A stretch of DNA of 64,000 nucleotides from Vicinamibacterales bacterium. Its GTDB lineage: Bacteria > Acidobacteriota > Vicinamibacteria > Vicinamibacterales > UBA2999. This document shows positions 29,985 to 37,479 of this stretch, one piece after another. The position numbers and the translations under genes were made by a program. The notes beneath the pieces are model-generated. The model had not been told where the DNA came from. It did no database searches and worked only from the letters and a program-made list of their open reading frames with translations. Location of the stretch: contig JBOGIQ010000002.1 in NCBI GenBank assembly GCA_050742535.1, positions 1,575-65,574 on the forward strand. The letters run 5' to 3'. Each line of letters begins with the position of its first letter. Within the stretch, counting starts at the first letter, position 1.

Positions 29985-30350
29985 ATGAAACCGTTGGCCC
30001 TGCTCGCACTCGTCGCCGCCATAAGCGTGCGACTCGTGTTTGCCGCCGATGTCAGCGGCAGGTGGACAGCGCAGACGCCTGCAAGGGGTGGGGGAACCGA
30101 TACGACGACGTTCGATTTCCGCGTCGACGGAAAGAGGCTGACCGGCGTCGTCAAGATGGCGGGCCGCGATTATCCGATCAAGGAAGGCGCGATTGAGGCC
30201 GAGACCGTTCGCTTCCATATCACCGTCAACATCGGACGCGAGATAAAGTTCGTTCACACCGGAGCGGTTGCGGGCGAGGTGATTCGCTTTACGCGCGCGC
30301 TCGAAGGCATGGGCCGGAAGTCCACCTTCGTGGCCAGACGCACCAAGTGA
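29985..30350 (+). CDS. Small secreted hypothetical protein
   Basis: 121 aa. Signal peptide MKPLALLALVAAISVRLVFA followed by a beta-rich sequence. No family recognised. Confidence 0.55.
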   Translation: MKPLALLALVAAISVRLVFAADVSGRWTAQTPARGGGTDTTTFDFRVDGKRLTGVVKMAGRDYPIKEGAIEAETVRFHITVNIGREIKFVHTGAVAGEVIRFTRALEGMGRKSTFVARRTK

Positions 30351-30433
30351 GATTTGGGTCCTGCTCTCGGCTCAAGACTGAGGGCGCGGCCGACAAGAAC
30401 GATTAACAGGCTCGGTGTAAGCTACGCGGCATC

Positions 30434-31318
30434 GTGAAGCGCTATCACGACATCGTCGGCGACGGAGGGTCGAGAGTCCTCGAGCAGGTTGCCGCGCAGC
30501 GGACCCGCATCACGGAGGGGCTCGCCGAGGTGCGCCATCTCGTGGCCGTGGGGTCCGGCAAGGGGGGAGTCGGCAAGAGCACGTTGACTCTGCATCTCGC
30601 GGGCGCTCTGCGGGCCCGGGGGCTGCGGATTGCGATCCTGGACGCGGACTTCAACGGCCCCTCACAGGCGCGCATGGCCGGTGTCCTGGGGGCCTTGTTC
30701 GTGCCTGGCACCCGCAAGGTCGCGCTCCCGCGGACCAGGAACGGGATCGCGGTGTTCTCGATGGGCTCGCTGATTCCGGAGTCGCAAGCGCTCGAGTTCG
30801 AAAGCGCGGCGGACGGTGAGTCTCATACGTGGCGTGCCACGAGGGAGTTCGCTCTCCTCGGCGAGGTCCTCGCGTCCTTCGAGTGGGGAGCGCTCGATCT
30901 GCTGATGTTCGACCTGCCGCCGGGAGCGGAGCGTACCGTCCAGTACGCCGATTTTCTCGGGCCCCGGACGTCATTCCTGCTCGTGACGATCCCTTCCGAC
31001 GTGGCACGGGGCGTGGTCGCGCGCTCGGCAGCAGCGCTGTCGAAGGGACGCAATCGCCTCCTCGGTTACGTCGAGAATATGAGCGGCTACTACTGTCGCG
31101 ACTGCGACGCGATCAAGCCCCTCTTCGATACGGGGCAGGACAGCCCGTCGCACCTTGAGATCCCCTGCCTCGGTACCGTCCCATTCGATCCGGAGCTTGC
31201 GCGGCACTGCGATCGGGGGATCCCGCTCGCGGAACGGACCGAAACGCCCGTTGGCAGGGCCCTGGAGCGTGTTGCGCAGCAACTTCTGGAAAGCCTCGAA
31301 TTGGAGCCGCCAAGATGA
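30434..31318 (+). CDS. Mrp/NBP35/ApbC-family P-loop ATPase (Fe-S cluster carrier-like)
   Basis: Deviant Walker A VGSGKGGVGKSTLTLHLA and the ENMS..C..C motif (VENMSGYYCRDCDAIKPLF). GTG start. Confidence 0.85.
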   Translation: MKRYHDIVGDGGSRVLEQVAAQRTRITEGLAEVRHLVAVGSGKGGVGKSTLTLHLAGALRARGLRIAILDADFNGPSQARMAGVLGALFVPGTRKVALPRTRNGIAVFSMGSLIPESQALEFESAADGESHTWRATREFALLGEVLASFEWGALDLLMFDLPPGAERTVQYADFLGPRTSFLLVTIPSDVARGVVARSAAALSKGRNRLLGYVENMSGYYCRDCDAIKPLFDTGQDSPSHLEIPCLGTVPFDPELARHCDRGIPLAERTETPVGRALERVAQQLLESLELEPPR

Positions 31319-31755
31319 AGTTTCTCTGCGTCCCTTGCGACAGCCCGATGAAGCTGCAAACCGTCGGGCCGCCCGAACGGGGCTCGCTGTCGATCGTCTA
31401 TGCGTGTCCTGAGTGCGGCTACGAGATGGCCATGCTCACGAACGCGTACGAGACACAGGTCGTCCAGTCTCTCGGCGTGCGGGTCGGTGTAGAGAGCGGC
31501 AGTGGGAGCGCGGCCGAACCGAACAAGTGCCCGTTCCCGGCGATGATCCCGTCGACGGAGGGTGCCCGACCCGGGCAGACTGGCGAGCCGATCCCCGTCC
31601 GGTGGACTGCCGCCGCGGAAGCCCGGCTCGCGAACATTCCTGAGTTCGTTCGTCCGATGGCGCGAACCGGCATCGAGAGATTTGCTCGCGAAAGGGGAGC
31701 CCTGGAAGTAGACGAGACGATCCTCGACGCGGCCCGTGACTTCTTCGGCATGTAG
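31315..31755 (+). CDS. Zinc-ribbon protein with C-terminal PCP_red domain
   Basis: 146 aa, ATGA overlap with the Mrp stop. CVPC...CPEC ribbon. C-terminal VRWTAAAEARLANIPEFVRPMARTGIERFARERGALEVDETILDAARDFFG closely resembles the BchB/ChlB C-terminal motif (W..EAE..L..IPFFVRGK.RRNTE.FAR..G). Confidence 0.8.
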   Translation: MKFLCVPCDSPMKLQTVGPPERGSLSIVYACPECGYEMAMLTNAYETQVVQSLGVRVGVESGSGSAAEPNKCPFPAMIPSTEGARPGQTGEPIPVRWTAAAEARLANIPEFVRPMARTGIERFARERGALEVDETILDAARDFFGM

Positions 31756-31764
31756 GCGATCGCG

Positions 31765-33168
31765 ATGAACTTGGAAGGATTTGCCCGTCCCTACGTCGTT
31801 TCCTGGAACCTCACCTACCGCTGCAACCTCGCCTGCGAGCACTGCTATCTCGACGCTGGCCCGACGCGTCTGGTCGGCACGGAGAACTTTGCCGATCGGA
31901 GCGAGCTCGGCACCGAGGAATGCTTCAGGGTCATTGACGACATCGCCGCATTTGCGCCTGAATGCCTCACGATCCTGACCGGCGGCGAGCCGCTCTTACG
32001 GCGCGACATACTCGAAATCGTCCAGCGCGCCGCGGAGCGTGGACTGTGGGTCGTCGTCGGCACCAACGGCGTGCGCATCACGGAGAACGTGGCGCGGCGC
32101 CTGGCGGAGGCCGGAGCACGGGGCCTCTCCCTTTCCCTCGACGCACTCGATGCCGACAGTCACGACCGTTTCAGGAAGGTGCGTGGCGCCTGGCACAACA
32201 CCGTGGAGGGCGCGGAGATCCTCAATCGGACCGGGCTCCCCTTCATCGTCCAGACCACTGCGGGCTCGCACAATATCGGCGCGCTCGAAGCGATTGCCGA
32301 TTTCGCGCACGATCGCCTCGCCGCCAAAGTGTGGAACCTCTACTTCCTGGTGCCGACGGGGCGCGGGCAGTTCGTCTCCGACATGACCCCAGCGCAGTAC
32401 GACGAGGTGCTCGCCTCTCTCTACCGAATCCAGCAGAAGTACAACCGCCGGATGCTCGTGAACGCGAAGTGCGCACCGCACTACATCAAGACCGTGCTGG
32501 AGAATGCCCACCTTCGCCAAGGCTCCGGCGGGCAAGCCGGCGATGAAACCGATTCGACGTCCCCCATCAGGACCTACTCGGGAGGGGCCGGCGGGTGCCC
32601 GGCGGGGACGCACTATATGGGTATACGTCCGAACGGGGATGTCACGCCCTGCCCATACCTCCCGGTCTTCGCCGGCAACCTTCGCCGGTCGCCGCTCGCC
32701 GAGCTCTGGACGTCATCGGAGCTGTTCGCCAATATTCGCCGTCGCACCTCGCTCGGCGGGCGATGCGGGGAGTGCGAGATGAACGGACACTGCGGGGGCT
32801 GCCGCGCCAGGGCCTACGGGATGACCGCCGATCTGATGGCCGAGGATCCCCTATGTACCCACACCCCAGGGAAGTTCGCCGGGTCCCCGCTCCTGGTGCT
32901 TCGCGGCCCAAACGGCTCTCGTCCGCCCTCGCCCCTTCGGGGCTACGGCGACACGCCGCCGTTGATCGAGTACGGCGGCGAATCGCCGCCGACTATCGCC
33001 TGGGATGAAGCAGCCGCCACCCGCATGAAGAACGTCCCCGCGTTCGTCCGCGGAATGGTCATCAGGGCCGTCGAGGAATCCTGTCGCAAGGAAGGGCTGG
33101 ATCGTGTAACCGTCGAGGAGCTCGAACGGATCCGCGCACGGATGCCAACCCCAAAGCTCTTCAGATAG
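31765..33168 (+). CDS. Radical SAM / SPASM-domain enzyme (NirJ/AhbC/AhbD-like) with C-terminal PCP_red domain
   Basis: CNLACEHCY radical-SAM cluster motif, TGGEPLLRRD, GTNG. SPASM Cys pattern GCPAG...GDVTPCPY...CGECEMNGHCGGCRARAY...DPLC. C-terminal IAWDEAAATRMKNVPAFVRGMVIRAVEESCRKEGLDRVTVEELERIRARMP. Confidence 0.85.
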   Translation: MNLEGFARPYVVSWNLTYRCNLACEHCYLDAGPTRLVGTENFADRSELGTEECFRVIDDIAAFAPECLTILTGGEPLLRRDILEIVQRAAERGLWVVVGTNGVRITENVARRLAEAGARGLSLSLDALDADSHDRFRKVRGAWHNTVEGAEILNRTGLPFIVQTTAGSHNIGALEAIADFAHDRLAAKVWNLYFLVPTGRGQFVSDMTPAQYDEVLASLYRIQQKYNRRMLVNAKCAPHYIKTVLENAHLRQGSGGQAGDETDSTSPIRTYSGGAGGCPAGTHYMGIRPNGDVTPCPYLPVFAGNLRRSPLAELWTSSELFANIRRRTSLGGRCGECEMNGHCGGCRARAYGMTADLMAEDPLCTHTPGKFAGSPLLVLRGPNGSRPPSPLRGYGDTPPLIEYGGESPPTIAWDEAAATRMKNVPAFVRGMVIRAVEESCRKEGLDRVTVEELERIRARMPTPKLFR

Positions 33169-33237
33169 GCGCCCAGGTCGCGGCTCAGGACCGCAGCTTG
33201 CACCCAAAGGTTTTATAGCCCCGGGAGGAGCTGTGTC

Positions 33238-33447
33238 ATGGAGATCTCGACTGGGCTCTGGATCGCGTTCTGGCTGTGGTTGGCGCTGTTCGTTCCGTAC
33301 GCGATTTGGTACATCCGTCGGGGGAGAGCGCACGGCCATACCTGGTTCACGTGGTGGAAGCCTCGCGGTCACTCCGACATTGGCCCGGACATGGGATTCC
33401 GGCAGACTCGACCGGGCCGGGACGACGCACGAGGATCTCGTTACTGA
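33238..33447 (+). CDS. Small Trp-rich membrane protein (hypothetical)
   Basis: 69 aa. Strong SD GGGAGGAG ends 7 nt before the ATG. N-terminal hydrophobic segment LWIAFWLWLALFVPYAIWYI followed by HGHTWFTWWKPRGH. Codon third positions are mostly G/C in the first two thirds. No homology recognised. Confidence 0.4.
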   Translation: MEISTGLWIAFWLWLALFVPYAIWYIRRGRAHGHTWFTWWKPRGHSDIGPDMGFRQTRPGRDDARGSRY

Positions 33448-33480
33448 AGCCTGGCTCGCCGAAGCTTCAGCGGAGGCGGC

Positions 33481-34290
33481 CTACCGGAAGGGGTCCGATG
33501 CAGTCTCGGACTGTGACTTAACCTCTGCGTCCATCCACGTCTGGAACTCCTCGGCGCTCTGAACGGTGACAAACCCGCGCATTCGCGCGTGGCCCAAGCC
33601 ACAAAGCTGTGCGCACGCGATCTCGTACTGGAACGTGGGATTCCCCGTTTGGGCCCGCATCTGCTCGGTGGTGACGGTCGGGACGAACCAGATGGGGATC
33701 GTCAGGCCGGGCACGGCGTCCTGCTTCACTCTGAACTCGGGCACGCCGAAGCTGTGGATGACGTCCTTGCTCCTGAGCTGCACGATGATCGGCCTGTTCG
33801 CCGGCAGATACAGCTGATTCACTGTCGTGACGTCGTCTTTCCCGGCGGGATCCGAGCGATCGAGTCCCAGCGGGTTCGACTGCAGATCGAGCAGCTTGAC
33901 GTCGGTGCGGCCGAATGCCCTGTCGGGGCCTGGATAGTGCATGTTCCAGGCGAACTGTTCGCCGGTCACCTGAACGATCAGCGCTTCGTTCTCCGGGGGC
34001 ATGTTGCCGATCCTCGCAGCCCACAGCGGAATCGCGAATCCGAACAGGAGAACCGCTTCGACGACGGCGACGCCGATTTCGGCATAGTTCGACGCGTGCG
34101 ACTTGACCCCCGTGTAGTTCGCCACGGGATTCCGCGATCGCCGGAATCGGATCAGGCAGTAGATGAAGAACCCACTCCACCCGACGAACAGGACGAGCAT
34201 GAACACGTGGATCCAGCCGATCATGCCGTCAATCTGGGCGCCGTGTGCCGTGGCGATCGACGGGAGTCCTAGCCAATCCCAATTAGTCAT
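33481..34290 (-). CDS. coxB: Haem-copper oxidase subunit II (CuA, no cytochrome c domain)
   Basis: Two N-terminal TMs. CuA ligand pattern HSFGVPEF...CAQLCGLGHARM. The start is placed at ATG 34290 (ATGA overlap with the upstream small ORF); ATG 34311 is the alternative. Confidence 0.9.
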   Translation of the reverse strand: MTNWDWLGLPSIATAHGAQIDGMIGWIHVFMLVLFVGWSGFFIYCLIRFRRSRNPVANYTGVKSHASNYAEIGVAVVEAVLLFGFAIPLWAARIGNMPPENEALIVQVTGEQFAWNMHYPGPDRAFGRTDVKLLDLQSNPLGLDRSDPAGKDDVTTVNQLYLPANRPIIVQLRSKDVIHSFGVPEFRVKQDAVPGLTIPIWFVPTVTTEQMRAQTGNPTFQYEIACAQLCGLGHARMRGFVTVQSAEEFQTWMDAEVKSQSETASDPFR

Positions 34291-34571
34291 GATTTTTGGA
34301 GCTCCGACCATTCAGTGTCGAGCTCGACGTCGGCGATGTGCTTCGCGCGTCGTCGGAGATAGAGAAAGAAGCCCACGAACCCGCCCTGCACCGTCAGCGT
34401 GACGCACAGCAGCGCCATGATCCCAAGCCTGGTCCCGTCGATGATCGACGTTTCGTGCGCCCCGAAGCAGACCGGGCAGGCCAGGGCGTTCGAACTGCTG
34501 CCGATCACCATGACCGCTGCCATCAGTAGAACCCGCATGATGACGAGACGGATCGATTTCGTCTTCTTCAT
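34287..34571 (-). CDS. Small membrane protein with CPVC motif (hypothetical)
   Basis: 94 aa from ATG 34571 (MKKTKS...). Signal/TM segment, CPVCFG, then a second TM. ATGA overlaps at both ends tie it into the oxidase operon. The longer track ORF (to 34787) overlaps neighbouring genes. Confidence 0.5.
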   Translation of the reverse strand: MKKTKSIRLVIMRVLLMAAVMVIGSSSNALACPVCFGAHETSIIDGTRLGIMALLCVTLTVQGGFVGFFLYLRRRAKHIADVELDTEWSELQKS

Positions 34572-34768
34572 CGCAGCGTCCTTGTCTTGCGCAGAAACCA
34601 CGAGTCGTACACGACCAGGCCGAGCGACACCGCAAAAGACGCAATTCCCGCGGCGAGCATTCCGATCCCGCCGGCCCGATCGTATTCGGACAGGCACCAG
34701 AGACCGAACAGCACCGCGAGCGCCGCGGACAAGAGGATCAGCAGGGCGTGAAACCACCTGAGGTTCAT
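34568..34768 (-). CDS. Small two-TM membrane protein (hypothetical)
   Basis: 66 aa from ATG 34768 (MNLRWFHALLILL...), a 1-nt TAATG overlap with the subunit IV stop. Two hydrophobic segments. Confidence 0.45.
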   Translation of the reverse strand: MNLRWFHALLILLSAALAVLFGLWCLSEYDRAGGIGMLAAGIASFAVSLGLVVYDSWFLRKTRTLR

Positions 34769-35094
34769 TACGCGATCCAATAACCATTGCTGTGGGTGAC
34801 GACGGGAAGCGCCATCAGCGCGATGAAGAAGGCCACGGTCACCGCGAGCACCCAGTAAATCAACTTCTTCTCGGAGATCAAGTGCATGAAGTAGCAGGCA
34901 ACCAGCGATCCTTTGATGGTCGCGACGACCAGCGCCACGGTTACGGCAACCGGAACGGATAGGTCAAGGTACGAGATTGCCACCGTGATGATGGTCAGGA
35001 TCATGAGCGCGACGAAGACGCTGATGTAAATCCTGACATGTTTGTCGATGTCAACCGCGTGATCGCTCGTCATGTCGGCTGCGTGGTCGCTCAT
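34768..35094 (-). CDS. Prokaryotic cytochrome c oxidase subunit IV family protein
   Basis: 108 aa, three TMs. YISVFVALMILTIITV...KGSLVACYFMHL resembles the COX4_pro family and the paralog at 56645. Confidence 0.75.
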   Translation of the reverse strand: MSDHAADMTSDHAVDIDKHVRIYISVFVALMILTIITVAISYLDLSVPVAVTVALVVATIKGSLVACYFMHLISEKKLIYWVLAVTVAFFIALMALPVVTHSNGYWIA

Positions 35095-35103
35095 GAATGC
35101 CGC

Positions 35104-35694
35104 CTACAGGAGATACAGAGTCGGGAAGAGAAATATCCAGACCAGATCCACGAAATGCCAGAAGAGGCCTGAGTGCTCGACCCGGTTGGTGAACCAGACC
35201 GGATTCGTCTTCCACAGCTTCGAGCCTGGCCCCCAGAAATACGCATTCACCATCATCCCACCGAACACGTGGAGCCCATGCAGTCCGGTCAAGGTGTAAT
35301 AGATAGCGAGGAAGTTATTCGTGCGGGGCAGTTCGCCCAGGTGGATATGGTGGCTGTATTCGAAATACTTGACGACAAGGAAGACGAGCCCAAGCAGGAT
35401 CGTCCCACCCATGTACATCCGGAAGGCGCCGAAGCGGCGGCGCATCAGCGACGCCCAGGCCATGACCATCGTGACTGATGACGCAATCAGGACGATCGTG
35501 TTGAGCGTGGCCATCGGGACGTCCAGAAGCGTGTCTCCCCGCGGCCAGCTCGGCGCTCCTACCCGAATCAGGATGTAGCTCGCGAAGAGGGCGCCGAACA
35601 GCATGACCTCCGAAGCCAGGAAGAGCCAGATGCCGATCTTGCCGTTGGTCAGACCGGTATCGCGCCGCACCTCGACGGTGTAGGGGATGTCCAT
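35104..35694 (-). CDS. coxC: Haem-copper oxidase subunit III
   Basis: Start at ATG 35694 (MDIPYTV...), 2 nt after the coxA stop. IGIWLFLASEVMLFGALF, YYTLTGLHGLHVFGG, FWHFVDLVWIFLFP. The first 86 codons of the track ORF are rejected. Confidence 0.9.
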   Translation of the reverse strand: MDIPYTVEVRRDTGLTNGKIGIWLFLASEVMLFGALFASYILIRVGAPSWPRGDTLLDVPMATLNTIVLIASSVTMVMAWASLMRRRFGAFRMYMGGTILLGLVFLVVKYFEYSHHIHLGELPRTNNFLAIYYTLTGLHGLHVFGGMMVNAYFWGPGSKLWKTNPVWFTNRVEHSGLFWHFVDLVWIFLFPTLYLL

Positions 35695-35696
35695 CG

Positions 35697-37460
35697 TCAG
35701 GCCTCGTGCTGCGCCGTGAAGTCCCTGGCCGCGCCGGGAACGCTGTACTCGTAGGGCCCGCGGTACGCCTGCGGGGCGACGACGAAATTGCCGTGCGGCG
35801 GGGGCGAGGGAGCCGCCCACTCGATCGTCGTGGCGTGCCAGGGGTTGTCCTCGGCTGTCTCCCCCTTCCAGATGCTCCAGAAGAAATTGAAGATGAAGGG
35901 AATCTGGAAGATCCCGAGCATCCACGCGCCCCACGACGAGACGACGTTCCAATGCATGGTCGGCTGTGCAAAGTCGTAGGCCGATCCAGCGTCGAACAGG
36001 CGTCGCGAGACGCCGGCCATCCCGATGATGAACATCGGCATGAAGACGACGTTCATGAAGGCGAACGAGCCGGCGAAGTGGATCTTGCCGAGCGTCTCAT
36101 TCATCTTCCGCCCCGTTGCCTTCGGGAACCAATAGTAGATCCCCGCGAAGAGGGCGAAGATCGTCCCCGGAGCGACGACGTAGTGGAAGTGGGCGATCAC
36201 GTAGTACGTGTCGTGCAGAGGGATGTCCGCGATGTTGAAGGCAAGCGGCAGCCCCGTCAGCCCGCCGATGCCGAACATCGGGAGAAAGGCGACCGCAAAC
36301 AGCATCGGCGTGTTGAAGCGGATCGATCCGCCCCAGAGCGAGATGATCAGCGCCGTGAGGATCACGACTGACGGGATCGAGATGATCATCGTCGTCGTCT
36401 GGAAGAACGCCGCCATCGCCGTCCCCATGCCGGTCATGAACATGTGGTGCGCCCAGACGATGAACGACATGAAGCCGAGGAAGACGAGCGAGTAGACCAT
36501 CGAGCGATAGCCCCACAGCGGCTTCCGCGTGTTGTTGGCGATGATCTCGGCCACGATTCCCATCCCTGGCAGAATCAGGACGTAGACCTCCGGGTGCGCC
36601 AGAAACCAGAACAGGTGCTGCCAGAGCAGCGCGTTGCCTCCGCCGGCGCTTTCGAGCGGCTGCCCGCTGACGATGAGACCGCCTGGGTTGAAGAAGGCCG
36701 TGCCGGCGACACGATCCATCAGCTGCATGACGCCCGCGGCCTCGAGCGGCGGGAAGGCCAGGAGCAGGAGGAACGCCGTGACGAACTGCGCCCAGACGAA
36801 GAAGGGGAACCGCATGAAGGTGAGCCCCTTCGCGCGGATCTGGATCGTTGTCGTGATGAAATTGAGCGCCCCGAGCAGGGATGAGGTGATCAGGAAGATC
36901 ATCCCGATGAGCCACCACGTCTGACCCGTGCCCGCGATGCTGGCGAGGGGCGCGTAGGAAGTCCAGCCGGACTGCGCCGCGCCGCCAGGGACGAAGAAGC
37001 TGCCGAGCATCGTGATGCCACCGAGGAAGAGGCACCAGTAGCTCACCATGTTGATCTTCGGGAACGCCATGTCCGGGGCGCCAATCTGGAGCGGGAGCAC
37101 GAAGTTCCCGAATCCGCCGACGGCGAGTGGGACCACGCCGAGGAAGACCATGATGGTGCCGTGCATCGCCCCGAGCTCGTTGTAGAACTCAGGGAGCATC
37201 GTCCCGCCCGGCATGCGCGCTTCGCCGAACAGCTGGCCGATCAGCGGCAGCGCGGCACCCGGGTAGGCGAGCTGCCAGCGCATGAGCATCATCAGCGAAA
37301 AGCCGAACAGGAGAAACAGCATGCCGGTGACGGCGTACTGGATGCCGATGACCTTGTGGTCGGTGGAGAAGACGTACTTGCGCCAGAAGCCGAGTTCTTC
37401 GTGATGGACTTCGTGCGCGACGTGCGTCTTTGATGGGGCGACGCCTGTTGAATCACTCAT
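35697..37460 (-). CDS. coxA: Haem-copper oxidase subunit I, A1-type
   Basis: 587 aa. STDHKVIGIQY, WFLAHPEVYVLILPGMG (helix VI Glu and Tyr retained), HHMF, HDTYYVIAHFHYV. Confidence 0.95.
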   Translation of the reverse strand: MSDSTGVAPSKTHVAHEVHHEELGFWRKYVFSTDHKVIGIQYAVTGMLFLLFGFSLMMLMRWQLAYPGAALPLIGQLFGEARMPGGTMLPEFYNELGAMHGTIMVFLGVVPLAVGGFGNFVLPLQIGAPDMAFPKINMVSYWCLFLGGITMLGSFFVPGGAAQSGWTSYAPLASIAGTGQTWWLIGMIFLITSSLLGALNFITTTIQIRAKGLTFMRFPFFVWAQFVTAFLLLLAFPPLEAAGVMQLMDRVAGTAFFNPGGLIVSGQPLESAGGGNALLWQHLFWFLAHPEVYVLILPGMGIVAEIIANNTRKPLWGYRSMVYSLVFLGFMSFIVWAHHMFMTGMGTAMAAFFQTTTMIISIPSVVILTALIISLWGGSIRFNTPMLFAVAFLPMFGIGGLTGLPLAFNIADIPLHDTYYVIAHFHYVVAPGTIFALFAGIYYWFPKATGRKMNETLGKIHFAGSFAFMNVVFMPMFIIGMAGVSRRLFDAGSAYDFAQPTMHWNVVSSWGAWMLGIFQIPFIFNFFWSIWKGETAEDNPWHATTIEWAAPSPPPHGNFVVAPQAYRGPYEYSVPGAARDFTAQHEA

Positions 37461-37479
37461 TCGGCTGTTCTCCGGATCG

